Shown piece by piece: positions 44,067 through 60,766 of a stretch of DNA of 64,000 bases. The notes below the pieces were generated by a model. The model was not told where the DNA came from, ran no database searches, and saw only the letters and a program-made list of their open reading frames with translations. Source of the stretch: the human T2T-CHM13v2.0 reference genome, Homo sapiens. Every line of letters starts with the position of its first letter. Within the stretch, counting starts at the first letter, position 1. Where the stretch lies: the NCBI RefSeq assembly GCF_009914755.1, contig NC_060940.1. One strand, written 5' to 3'. The translations under genes and the position numbers were made by a program.

Positions 44067-45889
44067 ATGCCAAGGTCAATAATATATGGCAAGCACGGTG
44101 CCTGACATGTGGTTCAGTAAGGGGGCCATTGTGATGAAGATGGCATCCCGGAGATAAATCTCTGCCGCAGAACAGCTGGGCTAAAAGAGCTCTCCTCTTC
44201 CTCAGTTCTGCATTTGCTGGCATGGTTCTACTGAATGTAAGAAAGGCATTTTGCAGCCAGCAGATGCAGTCAACGAGCGCAAGTTGTAAAGGCTGCAGAA
44301 TGAAGCCCTCAGGTTATCTGGCAGAATTCTGCTCCTGGAAGAATTCTATTTATGAGATGCTGCTGGAATTGAGCAATAAAACTTGCCGGAGTCTCTAGTT
44401 TCACATGGAAAACTGCCCTGTGTCCATAAATGCTTCTTGGGTTTGGGGCTTTAATCAGATTTTGAGTGTTTGGTTTGTTGTTGTTTGTTCTTTCGGTGGC
44501 CCTGTTGCTTGGAGAAGAAACATCATGTTAACTTCATTTGCTTGAACTCTGTGACCATCCTGTGATTTCAAACACAGCTTGTCTTTTTCTCATGTAATGT
44601 TTTTGGGAGGGGAAGGTGGGTTCTCCTGATCTCGGGAAGATCCACAGCAAAATGATGGAGTTCTTTCATTTAGCAGAGTTACAGCTTGAGGTGGACAGTG
44701 TCAAAATGGCAAGCTCCCCAAAGAGGAAAGGAAAGAGGGATGTCACTCCAGGATGCGCCAACGAGATGCTCCTTAGGAACCACGGAAGTGACACTTGTCA
44801 GCATCCACACAACAAAATGTTGATGAGGGGAGCCAGCCTTGGTGACTCCTAGCAGCTCCCGGCAGCAGTCTGTCTGCCTGTGTTGTCAACAGTCCCTGAA
44901 TTAAATCAGTCACTGCTGCCGCCAATGAACTTGTAGGTTGTTGTGGGATAAGGGGCCCTAGGCAGTTTCTTCATCTCTGCTTGACCAAACCACGCATCAA
45001 GGTCATGGATCCCAGGTGCCCCTGAAGACATTCAAGAAGTCTCGTTCGCCAGCTGAGCAAAGTCATGAGACAAACTGTCCATATGACAAGCCTGCTTTTA
45101 GGCTTTGACATTCCAGCAAGGAAGCAGGTGCTGCTGACAGAAATGTGGTAGTTTGAGAGAACAGGATTTTAAAGAAGAACGAACCCAATTATTTTGATCC
45201 ACAGAGTCTTAGAAGATAGAATGCAGGGAGGAGGCAAGCAGGGAGGAAAGAGAAGGAGCTTTTATGTTTCCTCATTGTTACTCCATCACACTGTCAGTTT
45301 GACTAGAAGGGCTGTTTTTATTTCCCTGAATCCCAGTTCTGTTTCTGAGTTCTTATTCACAGGGCAGGATGGGCTGACACTGTAGAGACGTGTCCTACAG
45401 TGAAATTAGAGATGACTCCTAATTTCAGTCACATCTCCATCAGTCAGCCCCTCTTAGGTATTGCACAAGTTCCTTAGATGCTTTGGGCCTCAGTGTCCTC
45501 ACTTACAGAATAGGGATTTTGGTAATGAAGGCCACCAGCTCCGTGCATGACAAGGTGCTGAATGCTTTCTGTTTATTATCACGCCGAATCCTTATGATTT
45601 CTTTGTGAGGTGCATTCTACTAGACCCTCCAGTTCTCAGATCAGGAAGCTGAGGGTTAGAGAGCTAAGGTAATGCACCCAGGTTACAGCAGGTTATCCTC
45701 AAGTTCCCCACGGAGTAGTGACATTTTGTCACCATTGATGCTATATTACTGATAATGATCAATAGATAGGTTACTGGAAAGGGGTCCAGATCCAGATCCC
45801 AAGAGAGTGTTCTTGGATCTCATGCAAGAAAGAATTCAGGGCGAGTCCATAGAGTAAAGTGAAAGCAAGTTTATTAAGAAAGTAAAGGA

Positions 45890-46208
<319 letters not shown>

Positions 46209-46333
46209 AAGAAAGTAAAGGAATAAAAGAATGGCTGCTCTATAGGCAGAGCAACAGCATGAGCTGCTAGTTGGCCATTTTTATGGTTATCTCTTGATTA
46301 TATGCTAAACAAAAGGTGGATTATTCTTGGGTT

Positions 46334-46363
46334 TTCCGGGAAAGGGGTGGGCAGTTCCCAGAA
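46334..46363. promoter_or_regulatory. Tandem STAT GAS motifs in MER41B
   Basis: TTCCGGGAA (46334-42) and TTCCCAGAA (46355-63) both fit TTCN3GAA; function inferred from known MER41B behaviour. Confidence 0.6.
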
Positions 46364-47566
46364 CTGAGAGTTTCTCCCCCTTTTAGACCATATAGGTAAC
46401 TTCCTGATGTTACCATGGCATTTGTAAACTGTCATGGCACTGGTGGGAGTGTCTTTTGACATGCTAATGTATTATAATTAGCATATAATGAGCAGTGAAA
46501 ATGACCAGAGGTCACTCTTGTTGCCGTCTTGGTTTTGGTAGGTTTTGGCCAGCTTCTTTACTGCAACCTGTTTTATCAGCAAGGTCTTCCTGATCTAAAT
46601 CTTGTGCTGACCTCCTATCTCATCCTGTGATTAAGAATGCCTCAACCTCCTGACAATGCAACCCAGTAGGTCTCAGCCTTATTTTACCCAGCTCCTATTC
46701 AAGATGGAGTTGCTCTGGTTCAAAGCCTCTGACAGATACTGCATCCATGAGGTGAATAAAGGTGGCACCGGTGTTCATTTTATTGGCTAAGAACCCCGAA
46801 ATTGTCACATTGCGTGCAGTGGTTCCGGAGGTTTGACCTCACCGTAGAAGAGCACATCTGAAGTTAGTTTTGAACATATTGACATCAGTGTTTTGAAACT
46901 CCTCACCGCTTTCTAACAGTCTTTCCAGTTAGCTGAGTCAGCACAAAAGGCCTTAGCCAGGTCTGAAAGGAGTTTGTTTTCATGTTGCAGGGAGTGTTTT
47001 CTAATAAGGGTTTTTTTCTCCATTGAAAACATCTCTTACTTTGCGTCTATCATTATGATCTTACTCGGAGAGAAAATGGTATCTTCCTGGGCTGATTGCT
47101 CATTGGTGGAGGCTTGGCTTCCAGGAAGATGCACACTGGCTTTCCGTAGCACTTTCTCTCGTTTTTGTTTCCAAAATCACTATTTATTGCCCTTCAAAAC
47201 AGGTTGCGTTTGAATTAGGGTTCTGGGCCTGTACAGTCTGTGGGAGCCCAAATGCAAAGTAGATTCCATCATAAACAAGGTATCCCCCCTCCAAATTAAC
47301 AGTAAAATAGGCCATGTGATCCCAGAATGCATCATTTCAGGCTTATAAAGAAAAGCAACTTAATTTCCTTATTTTTCCATTGTTCCATGATCACAGGCTC
47401 ACAGAAGTTGCAAAAATAGTGCCAGAAGCACCTTGAACCCTTCTCTCAGCTTCCTCCATAGTAACATCGCCTATAACTGTAGTGCAACAATACCAAGAGC
47501 AGGAAGTTCATGTGGGCACAATACTATTAACCAGACCTCACGAAGTCTCCACCCATTTTTGTGTGT

Positions 47567-47611
<45 letters not shown>

Positions 47612-47852
47612 TCCTACGCATTTGATCACACGTACAGATTTGTATGACCACCACCACCATCATGATACAGGACAGCTGCATGGTCACAGAAGGGCTACCT
47701 GTCTTGCTACTCCTTATTAGTTGTATTAACCTTCCCCTTACTCTTGGGCTTCTCCCCTGGCAATTATTAACCTGTTCTCCACCTGTAGTTTTGTCACTTC
47801 AAGGATGGTACATAATGGAATCATACAATATGTAACTCTTTGATATTAACTC

Positions 47853-48149
47853 TTTTTTTTTTTTTTTGAGACGGAGTCTTTCCCAGCCACCCAGGCTGGA
47901 GTACAGTGGCACAATCTCGGCTCATTGCGACCTCCGCCTCCCAGGTTTAAGCCATTCTCCTGCGTCAGCCTCCTGAATAGCTGGGACTACAGATGCCTGC
48001 CACCATGCCCAGCTAATTTTTGTATTTTTAGTAGAGACAGGGTTTCACCATGTTGGCCAGGTTGGTCTTGAACTCCTGACCTCAGGTGATCCACCTGCCT
48101 CGGCCTCCCAAAGTGCTGGGATTACAGGTGTGAGCTACCACACCTGGCT
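47853..48149 (-). mobile_element. AluSx-like
   Basis: Reverse dimeric Alu. Confidence 0.93.
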
Positions 48150-48781
48150 GAGATGAGCTCTTTTCACTAAGCATGATGCCCCTGAGATTCATCCAAGTAC
48201 TCACATCAACCGATAGCTGGTTCCTTTTGATTGCTGAGTGATATTCGATGGTATGGTATGCCAGAGTTCGTTGAACCATTCACCCACTGAAGGACATTTG
48301 ACTTTGTTGCTAGATTGAAGCTACTGCAGATAGAGCCACCCTGAATATTTGTGTAAGGCTTTTGTGTGAACATACATTTCCATTTTTCTGGGTACCAGCT
48401 GCTGGATCATATATTAAGTGCATGTTAGTTTTATAAGAAACTGCCTGTTTTCCAGAGTGGCTAAACCATTTTCATCCTTATCAGCAATAGAGGAGAAATC
48501 CAGTTCTTCCACATTCTCACCAGCATTTGGTGTTATCACTCTTTTTCATTATAACCATTCTGTTCAGCATATAGTAATAGCTGCTCTCTGGTTTGGTGTA
48601 TAGCAATATGATGTTAATTTGCATCTCCCTAATAACTAATGATATGAAACATCTTTGCATGTGCTTATTTGCCGTCAGTGTTCTCTTTGGTGAAATGTCT
48701 AACTATGTCTTTTGCCTATTTTTTGTTTTGTTTTGTTTTACAGGCCATTTTCAGGACTTTAACTTTTGCCCATTTTCTTTC

Positions 48782-49087
48782 TTTTTTTTTTTTTTTTTTT
48801 TTTTTTTGAGACAGAGTCTCACTCTGTTGCCCAGGCTGGAGTCCAGTGGTGTGACCTCGGCTCACCACAACCTCCGCTTCCTGGGGTCAAGTGATTCTCC
48901 TGCCTCAGCCTCCCGAGTAGCTAGGATTGCAGGCACATGCCACCATGCCCAGCTAATTTTTGTATTTTTAGTAGAGATGCGGTTTCACCATGCTGGCCAG
49001 GCTGATCTCGAACTCCTGACCTCGTGATCTGCCTGCCTCGGCATCCCAAAGTGCTGGGATTACAGGTGTGAGCCACCACGCCCGGCC
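48782..49087 (-). mobile_element. AluS
   Basis: Reverse dimeric Alu; flanking CCATTTTCT repeat. Confidence 0.93.
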
Positions 49088-49744
49088 CCATTTTCTAACA
49101 GAATCTTTTAATGTTTGAGAGTTGAGAGTCTTTTATGTAGTCTATATGCACATCCTTTGTCGGAGATGTGGCTTGCAAATATTTATCTCAATCTGTGGCT
49201 TGTCTGTTCTTTCTCTTAATAGAATCTTTCACAGAACAAAAGTTTTTAATTTCATGCAAGTCCAATTTATACTTTTTTCTTCTATAGATTGTGCTTTTGG
49301 TGTCAACTCTAGGAATTCTTTGCCTAGCCCTAGGTGTTAAAGATTTTATCCTCTGTTTTCTTCTACAAATTTTTATAGTTGTATTTTTACATCTAAGTCC
49401 ATGATCCTTTCGGAACTGATTTTTTTATGTAAAGTGTAAGGTTTAGGTTGAGTTCATTTATCTGCCAGTGGACACACAGTTGCTCCAGTAGCCTTTTAGA
49501 AATAGCTATCCTTCTTCCATTGAATTGCTATTGTCCCCTTGATTAAAAAAAAAAAAATCATGTGGGTGCAGGTGTATTTGTGCAGGTCTATTCCGTGTCC
49601 TCCGTTCTGTCCCATTGATCTATGTCTCTGTCTCACCAGTACTGTACTGTCTTATTACCGGAGCTGTAGAGTAAGGCTTCACATCAAGTAGAATGAGTCC
49701 TCTGCTTTATTCTTCTTTTTCAAAAGTATTTCAGAAAACATTTT

Positions 49745-50550
49745 TTTTCCTTTTTCGACTTTTACTTTAGATTGCAGGAATACATGTGCAGGTTTGTTAC
49801 GAAGGTATATTACATGATGCTAGGGTTTGGAGCATGATGAACCCTAGCACCCAAATTGGTAGTTTTTCAACCTTTGCTCCTTCCCTCCCCACTTTTGGAG
49901 CCCCCAGTATCTATTGTTGCCATGTTTATGTCCATTTGCACCCAATGTTTAACTCTCACTTCGGACTGAGAACCTGCAGTGTTTAGTTTTCTGCTTCTGT
50001 TCATTAAGACAAAAGCCTCCAGCTCCATTCATGGTGCTGCAAAGGACATGATTTCATTATTTTCTATGGTTACATAGTATTCCACGGTGTTTTCTAACCC
50101 ACCATTGATGGGCACCTGGGTTTGTTGCATGTCTTTGCTGTTGTGTATAGTGCTGCAATGGATATATGGGTGCATGTGTCTTTTCAGTAGAGTGACCTAT
50201 TTTCCTTTGAGTATCTACTCAGTGATGGGATTGCTGGGCCAAATGGTGCTTCAAGTCTTAGGTCTTTGAGAAATGTCCAGACTGCTCTCCGCAATGGCTG
50301 AACTAATCTACATTCCCACCAGCAGCATATATGTGTTCCCTTTTCTCCTAGTTCTACCAACATCTGTAATTTTTTGACTTTTGAACAAAAGCCATTCCAA
50401 CTGGTGTGAGATGGTAACTCATTATGGTTTTGATTTGCATTTCTCTGCTGATTAGTGATGATGAGCATTTTTTCATTTGTGAATTGGCCATTCATATGTC
50501 TTCTCTTGAGACATGTCTGTTCATGTCCTTTGCCCTCTTTTTAATGGTTA
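49745..50550 (-). mobile_element. L1PB/L1MA-like 3' fragment
   Basis: TACATGTGCAGGTTTGTTAC...; degenerate ORF2 C-terminus in ORF 50184-50495 (EAPFGPAIPSL, compare [11 protein letters not shown]). Confidence 0.82.
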
Positions 50551-50697
50551 TTTGTAGAAAACCATTTTAAATACAGTTTGAACTCAACAGCTTTTTATCC
50601 CCTCTAAAATTATTTTTCTGATTAAAACATAACTCATTTCCATTGTAAACAACATTAAAATATCATAAACGTCTAATAGAAAAATTTAACAGATCTC

Positions 50698-51600
50698 GGG
50701 AGGAGCCAAGATGGCCGAATAGGAACAGCTCCGGTCTACAGCTCCCAGCGTGAGCGACGCAGAAGACGGTGATTTCTGCATTTCCATCTGAGGTACCGGG
50801 TTCATCTCACTAGGGAGTGCCAGACAGTGGGCGCAGGCCAGTGTGTGTGCGCACCGTGCGCGAGCCGAAGCAGGGCGAGGCATTGCCTCACCTGGGAAGC
50901 GCAAGGGGTCAGGGAGTTCCCTTTCCGAGTCAAAGAAAGGGGTGACGGACGCACCTGGAAAATCGGGTCACTCCCACCCGAATATTGCGCTTTTCAGACC
51001 GGCTTAAGAAACGGCGCACCACGAGATTATATCACACACCTGGCTCGGAGGGTCCTACGCCCACGGAATCTTGCTGATTGCTAGCACAGCAGTCTGAGAT
51101 CAAACTGCAAGGCGGCAACGAGGCTGGGGGAGGGGCGCCCGCCATTGCCCAGGCTTGCTTAGGTAAACAAAGCAGCCGGGAAGCTCGAACTGGGCGGAGC
51201 CCACCACAGCTCAAGGAGGCCTGCCTGCCTCTGTAGGCTCCACCTCTGGGGGCAGGGCACAGACAAACAAAAAGACAGCAGTAACCTCTGCAGACTTAAG
51301 TGTCCCTGTCTGACAGCTTTGAAGAGAGCAGTGGTTCTCCCAGCACGCAGCTGGAGATCTGAGAACGGGCAGACTGCCTCCTCAAGTGGGTCCCTGACTC
51401 CTGACCCCCGAGCAGCCTAACTGGGAGGCACCCCCCAGCAGGGGCACACTGACACCTCACACAGCAGGGTATTCCAACAGACCTGCAGCTGAGGGTCCTG
51501 TCTGTTAGAAGGAAAACTAACAACCAGAAAGGACATCTACACCAAAAACCCATCTGTACATCACCATCATCAAAGACCAAAAGTAGATAAAACCACAAAG
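50698..51600 (+). promoter_or_regulatory. L1 5'UTR: CpG-rich internal sense promoter and antisense promoter, YY1 site intact
   Basis: CpG-rich L1HS 5'UTR; YY1 motif AAGATGGCC at 50708-50716. Promoter activities are established for L1HS, not shown here. Confidence 0.85.
51032..51145 (-). pseudogene. L1 ORF0 (antisense), truncated to 37 aa
   Basis: MAGAPPPASLPPCSLISDCCASNQQDSVGVGPSEPGV* matches the ORF0 N-terminus. Codon 38 is TGA; the canonical 71-aa ORF0 would end at the in-frame TGA at 50930-50932. Confidence 0.8.
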
Positions 51601-52617
51601 ATGGGGAAAAAACAGAACAGAAAAACTGGAAACTCTAAAACGCAGAGCGCCTCTCCTCCTCCAAAGGAACGCAGTTCCTCACCAGCAACAGAACAAAGCT
51701 GGATGGAGAATGATTTTGACGAGCTGAGAGAAGAAGGCTTCAGACGATCAAATTACTCTGAGCTACGGGAGGACATTCAAACCAAAGGCAAAGAAGTTGA
51801 AAACTTTGAAAAAAAATTTAGAAGAATGTATAACTAGAATAACCAATACAGAGAAGTGCTTAAAGGAGCTGATGGAGCTGAAAACCAAGGCTCGAGAACT
51901 ACGTGAAGAATGCAGAAGCCTCAGGAGCCGATGCGATCAACTGGAAGAAAGGGTATCAGCAATGGAAGATGAAATGAATGAAATGAAGCGAGAAGGGAAG
52001 TTTAGAGAAAAAAGAATAAAAAGAAATGAGCAAAGCCTCCAAGAAATATGGGACTATGTGAAAAGACCAAATCTACGTCTGATTGGTGTACCTGAAAGTG
52101 ATGTGGAGAATGGAACCAAGTTGGAAAACACTCTGCAGGATATTATCCAGGAGAACTTCCCCAATCTAGCAAGGCAGGCCAACGTTCAGATTCAGGAATA
52201 CAGAGAACGCCACAAAGATACTCCTCGAGAAGAGCAACTCCAAGACACATAATTGTCAGATTCACCAAAGTTGAAATGAAGGAAAAAATGTTAAGGGCAG
52301 CCAGAGAGAAAGGTCGGGTTACCCTCAAAGGAAAGCCCATCAGACTAACAGCGGATCTCTCGGCAGAAACCCTACAAGCCAGAAGAGAGTGGGGGCCAAT
52401 ATTCAACATTCTTAAAGAAAAGAATTTTCAACCCAGAATTTCATATCCAGCCAAACTAAGCTTCATAAGTGAAGGAGAAATAAAATACTTTATAGACAAG
52501 CAAATGTTGAGAGATTTTGTCACCACCAGGCCTGCCCTAAAAGAGCTCCTGAAGGAAGCGCTAAACATGGAAAGGAACAACCGGTACCAGCCGCTGCAAA
52601 ATCATGCCAAAATGTAA
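51601..52617 (+). pseudogene. L1 ORF1p, disrupted by +1 and -1 frameshifts
   Basis: Canonical 1017-nt span from MGKKQNRK to NHAKM*, but split over three ORFs (51601-51837, 51797-52252, 52276-52617). 8 A instead of 7 at 51809-51816; AA instead of AAA at 52197-52198. Confidence 0.9.
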
Positions 52618-52656
52618 AGACCATCGAGACTAGGAAGAAACTGCATCAACTAATGA

Positions 52657-56508
<3,852 letters not shown>

Positions 56509-56864
56509 ACAATGAGATCACATGGACACAGGAAGGGGAATATCACACTCTGGGGACTGTGGTGGGGTCGGGGGAGGGGGGAGGGATAGCATTGGGAGAT
56601 ATACCTAATGCTAGATGACACATTAGTGGGTGCAGCGCACCAGCATGGCACATGTATACATATGTAACTAACCTGCACAATGTGCACATGTACCCTAAAA
56701 CTTAGAGTATAATAAAAAAAAAAAAAAAAAGAAAAAAAAAAAAAAATTTAACAGATCTCTCCACACACCTGAGAGAGGACTATGTTCTTTCCCTTCGTAT
56801 ATATCAAGTTCTACTTTTTTATTTACAAACGTGTGATCACAGTATATTGCCATCTGTCTCACGA

Positions 56865-57005
56865 TTTGTATCTTTTTCCTTGTCTGTAAAAAGGGAGAAC
56901 TATTAATAATACTCTATTTCTTTAGTCTTTGGTGAGGATCAAATGATAAAACACATGCAGAGAGTTTAACCCAGCACCTGCTACATAGTAATGTCTTTGT
57001 TGATG
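56865..57005 (+). mobile_element. MIR
   Basis: TTTCCTTGTCTGTAAAAGGG...GTGAGGATCAAATGA...GCACCTGCTACATAGTAA. Confidence 0.65.
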
Positions 57006-58515
57006 TTATTTTTATTGTTCCCCCTTCAGCTTATGCTACCTGCTTTGGGTGATCTTGGCCTTTCTTGGTGGCAATAAAGGGCAGAGAAACTCCATAATGT
57101 TTAGTAATCCAAGTCAGTTTGCAGAAGCAGTCAGGAGAATGGGTTCTTCCATCACTCAGTCCAGGTTTCCTACCAAATAGAATGAATGAGACAGGTAGTA
57201 CTGCAAATTCATAGTTTACTTACGTTAATCATAATGTCAAACATGTCAACAGCATCCTGGAGAGCCCCCCAAGTTTCCTGTCCACTTGTCCACTGTACAG
57301 CCACCTACCCACGCTTTACGTACTACCCAGCTCTTCCTCTAAGTGGGATCCTCCCAGAAAGCCAGAGCTCCGCTCCTAGAGAGCGTTTGAGGAACCTGCA
57401 TGTGGTTTGTCTTATCTTCAGATCTTTAACATAAGCTGTAACGAGGGCAGCTAGAAGCAGAGCCTATCAGATCAGCCCCCGCCAGCTCCAACTAGTGAAA
57501 CCCAACAGAGTCCTTGGACCCTGCAGCCTAAGAACATAAAAATTCTGTAATCTCCTTCTCTTTATCTCAGCTCTGCCTTCAGATGTGTCCCTTGAATGGC
57601 CCACATTCTCCCAATTTCATTAACTTAGCACATTTTATTTCCACTAAGTAAACCCAAGGTGCTTCCATGGTCCAATATAACGGATTTCCCTTCTGATCCA
57701 TAATGCCAAACAATATGCTACTTCATTCCCTTTAATGGCTTTGTATTGTGTTCTGTTTTATAGATGTCCCACCATTTGACCAACTTCACATAAATGGACA
57801 TTTTGATGGTGGTTCCTGGTTTTCCCTTTTATAAACATTACAGCAATAAAAATGCTTGAATGTACATCTTCACGTACATATATGAAAGTCTTTGTAGGAT
57901 AAACTCCCAAAAGCAAAATGCCTGGCCCAAAAGTATGAGCACTTTACATTGCAGTTTATAGCTCTTTTTCTAATATGATTAAAGTATTTTTAAATTACCT
58001 TCACTTTTGTCATCCCTCAGTTACGCTGGTTTCTGTATTGCATAGATTCCTAGCCTGCTCCACTGCAAATGGGCTGCCATACAGAGGATGAGGTTCATGG
58101 TCCAGAAACGCATCTGGTACTCGAGCGCAGAGCAGAGGTGGAATTCTAGGCCTGTGAATGGTTCACATCAGCAGTGGGGGTCCCCAGTGAAGTAGGATCC
58201 CAAAGGCCACAGCAATTGGACGGATACTAATATCCTTCATGCTTCCATGGGCATGAACTTGAACTTGCAGTGGAAGCCTCTAAGGCACAGCAAGGCAGGA
58301 GCAGATATGAAGTATGCTTTGCAGCTGTAGCTTCTCTAGAATCCAGGGGCTAATGATCAGGAGGGAGGTGCTAAATATTCTGGGCTCCTCGCTTGGACTT
58401 CAAACCTACAAGCTCCCCACTCTTGAACCTAACCCCATTCCTGAGTTTTCTTCTATGCTCACATCCACTCCCAAATCCTCTAACCACCCTGAGCTACATT
58501 ATATTAAAAGGGCTA

Positions 58516-58985
58516 CTCCTCATATGTTCACCACAGCACTATTCACAATAGCAAGGTCATGGAACCAACCTAAGTGTACATCAACGGTTGACTGGTTAAA
58601 GAAAAGGTGGTGTATACACAGGTGAAATACTATGCAGCCATAGAAAAGAATGAAATCCTGTCCTTTGCAGCAACATGGGTGGAGCTGGAGGCTATTATCC
58701 TATGTGAATTAACTCAGAAGCAGAAAATCAACTACTGCATGTTCTCACTTGTAAGTGAAGGGTAAGCAATGGGTACACATGAACATAAACGTGGAAACAA
58801 TAGACAGTGAGGACTCCAAATGCAGGGAGAGAGAGAGATGTTGGGGATGAGGGCTGAAAAACCACCTATCAGGTACAGTGTTTGCTGTTTGGGTAATAGG
58901 TGTGCTAGAAGCCCAATCTTCACCAAGAGACAATATACCCATATAACAAACATGCACACATGCCCCCCCAATCTAAAATAAAATA
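58516..58985 (+). mobile_element. L1PB-like 3' fragment
   Basis: ATGTTCACCACAGCACTATTCACAATAGCAAGGTCATGGAACCAACC...AATCTAAAATAAA. Confidence 0.85.
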
Positions 58986-59559
58986 ATTTTTTTAAAGGTA
59001 CTCCATCAGAACACCCCCCACCTCCCGCACCCTCAGGTGTGGCATTACAGAAACCTCAGCAGCAAAGCCCCTTCCCCATCCTTCTCCAATCACCAGAGCA
59101 CTATGCTGACTCCCAGAAAGGCCACATGAGAAGAACTTGCTAGCCCCTGCAGGTGGCCCGTTCTTGGTGGTAGAGCATAAGGGAAGGGGCAGGGAAAACA
59201 GGAGGAGAGGAGGCATCATTTCCTGTAAATCTAGCACAGGCTTGGTTTGCTTAGACAGTGGAAATACTAAAAAAGTCAAAAAGATCCTTCATCATACACA
59301 AGAAAAAGGGAGACGAAAATTGAGGTGAAAAATCATTCTGCCATTACTTAGAAAACCAATTGTGAATCCTTTCCTGGTTTTAAACCATAGCTACATAAAC
59401 TGGGGGAAATGTCTGCTGTAGGTTTGCTCCACATCCAGCCTCGCCCCGTTGGGAGAAGCCTTGGAGCTGTATGGGTTGGAGCAGTGTCTGTGTAGAGTAC
59501 TGATGCTCTCCCACTGGGCCCTAGTGTGGGACCATACGTGAAAGCCACCAGGTAGGGTT

Positions 59560-59705
59560 GCACATAGACTCTAGACTCAGACCAACCGGGGTCTGAATCC
59601 CATCTCTCCACTCCCTAACTCTGCTACCCTAGGCAAGTGCTTGTACTTCTCTGTGCCTCAGTTTCCTCACCTGTAATTTGGAGCTCATGACGGTAACCTA
59701 CCCCA
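59560..59705 (+). mobile_element. MIR
   Basis: CTCTGTGCCTCAGTTTCCTCACCTGTAA core. Confidence 0.8.
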
Positions 59706-59841
59706 CTGGGTGAGTAGCGTACCCGGGTCATGACATGAAGGATGTATGTAATCGTTAGCTGTGATTATCACCATTCCACTAATAAGCTTTCTGTTGCTGC
59801 CGTTCTGCAGGGCTCAACTTTCTTTAGAAAATAGTTGTGTT

Positions 59842-60126
59842 GGCCGGACCCAGTGGTTCACACCTGTAATCCCAGCACTTTGGGAGGCCGAGGTGGGTGG
59901 ATCACCTGAGGTCAGGAGTTCAAGACCAGTCTGGCCAAAATGGTGAAACCCCATCTTTACTAAAAATGTAAAACACTAGCTGGGCGTGGTGGCGCATCCC
60001 TGTAGTCCCAGCTACTCAGAGGCTGAGGCAGGAGAATTGCTTGAACCCGGGAAGCAGTGAGCTGAGATCACGCGATTGCACTCCAGCCTGGGTGACAAGA
60101 GCAAGACTCCGTCTCAAAAAAAAAAA

Positions 60127-60173
<47 letters not shown>
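59842..60173 (+). mobile_element. AluSx-like with poly(A) grading into (AC)n
   Basis: Short internal deletion in the right arm; A run then (AC)n 60143-60173; flanking AGTTGTGTT repeat. Confidence 0.92.
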
Positions 60174-60176
<3 letters not shown>

Positions 60177-60462
60177 GTGTTTGCATCCTGTTATTTGAGT
60201 TAGCTCAATTCTACCAAATTCCCATCCTACAGCCTGTTCCAGTAACCGCAGAGCCATGAGACCTGGTCTGATGGCTTCTTCTCTAGCTGCTTGTATCAAA
60301 AGAAGGCAACTCCCCCCTTTCCCCTTCACCTGCTAATGAGGCCTGGAACTTGCAGTCCACATCACAGCATCATTTACGTTTTGTCCTTTCCTGGAGGTCT
60401 ACACCAGGCACCTGGGACTGCAGGCTTTCTCTCTCCCCTGGGTCTTAAATTACAGTAACATC

Positions 60463-60766
<304 letters not shown>

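Larger units (their letters stand above)
47380..49730 (-). mobile_element. Old L1 (L1MA/MB-like) with nested Alus and (TG)n at 47571-47609
   Basis: ATAATGGAATCATACAATATGTAAC, TTAATTTGCATCTCCCTAATAACTAATGAT, TTGCCTAGCCCTAGG typical of antisense L1. Confidence 0.75.
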
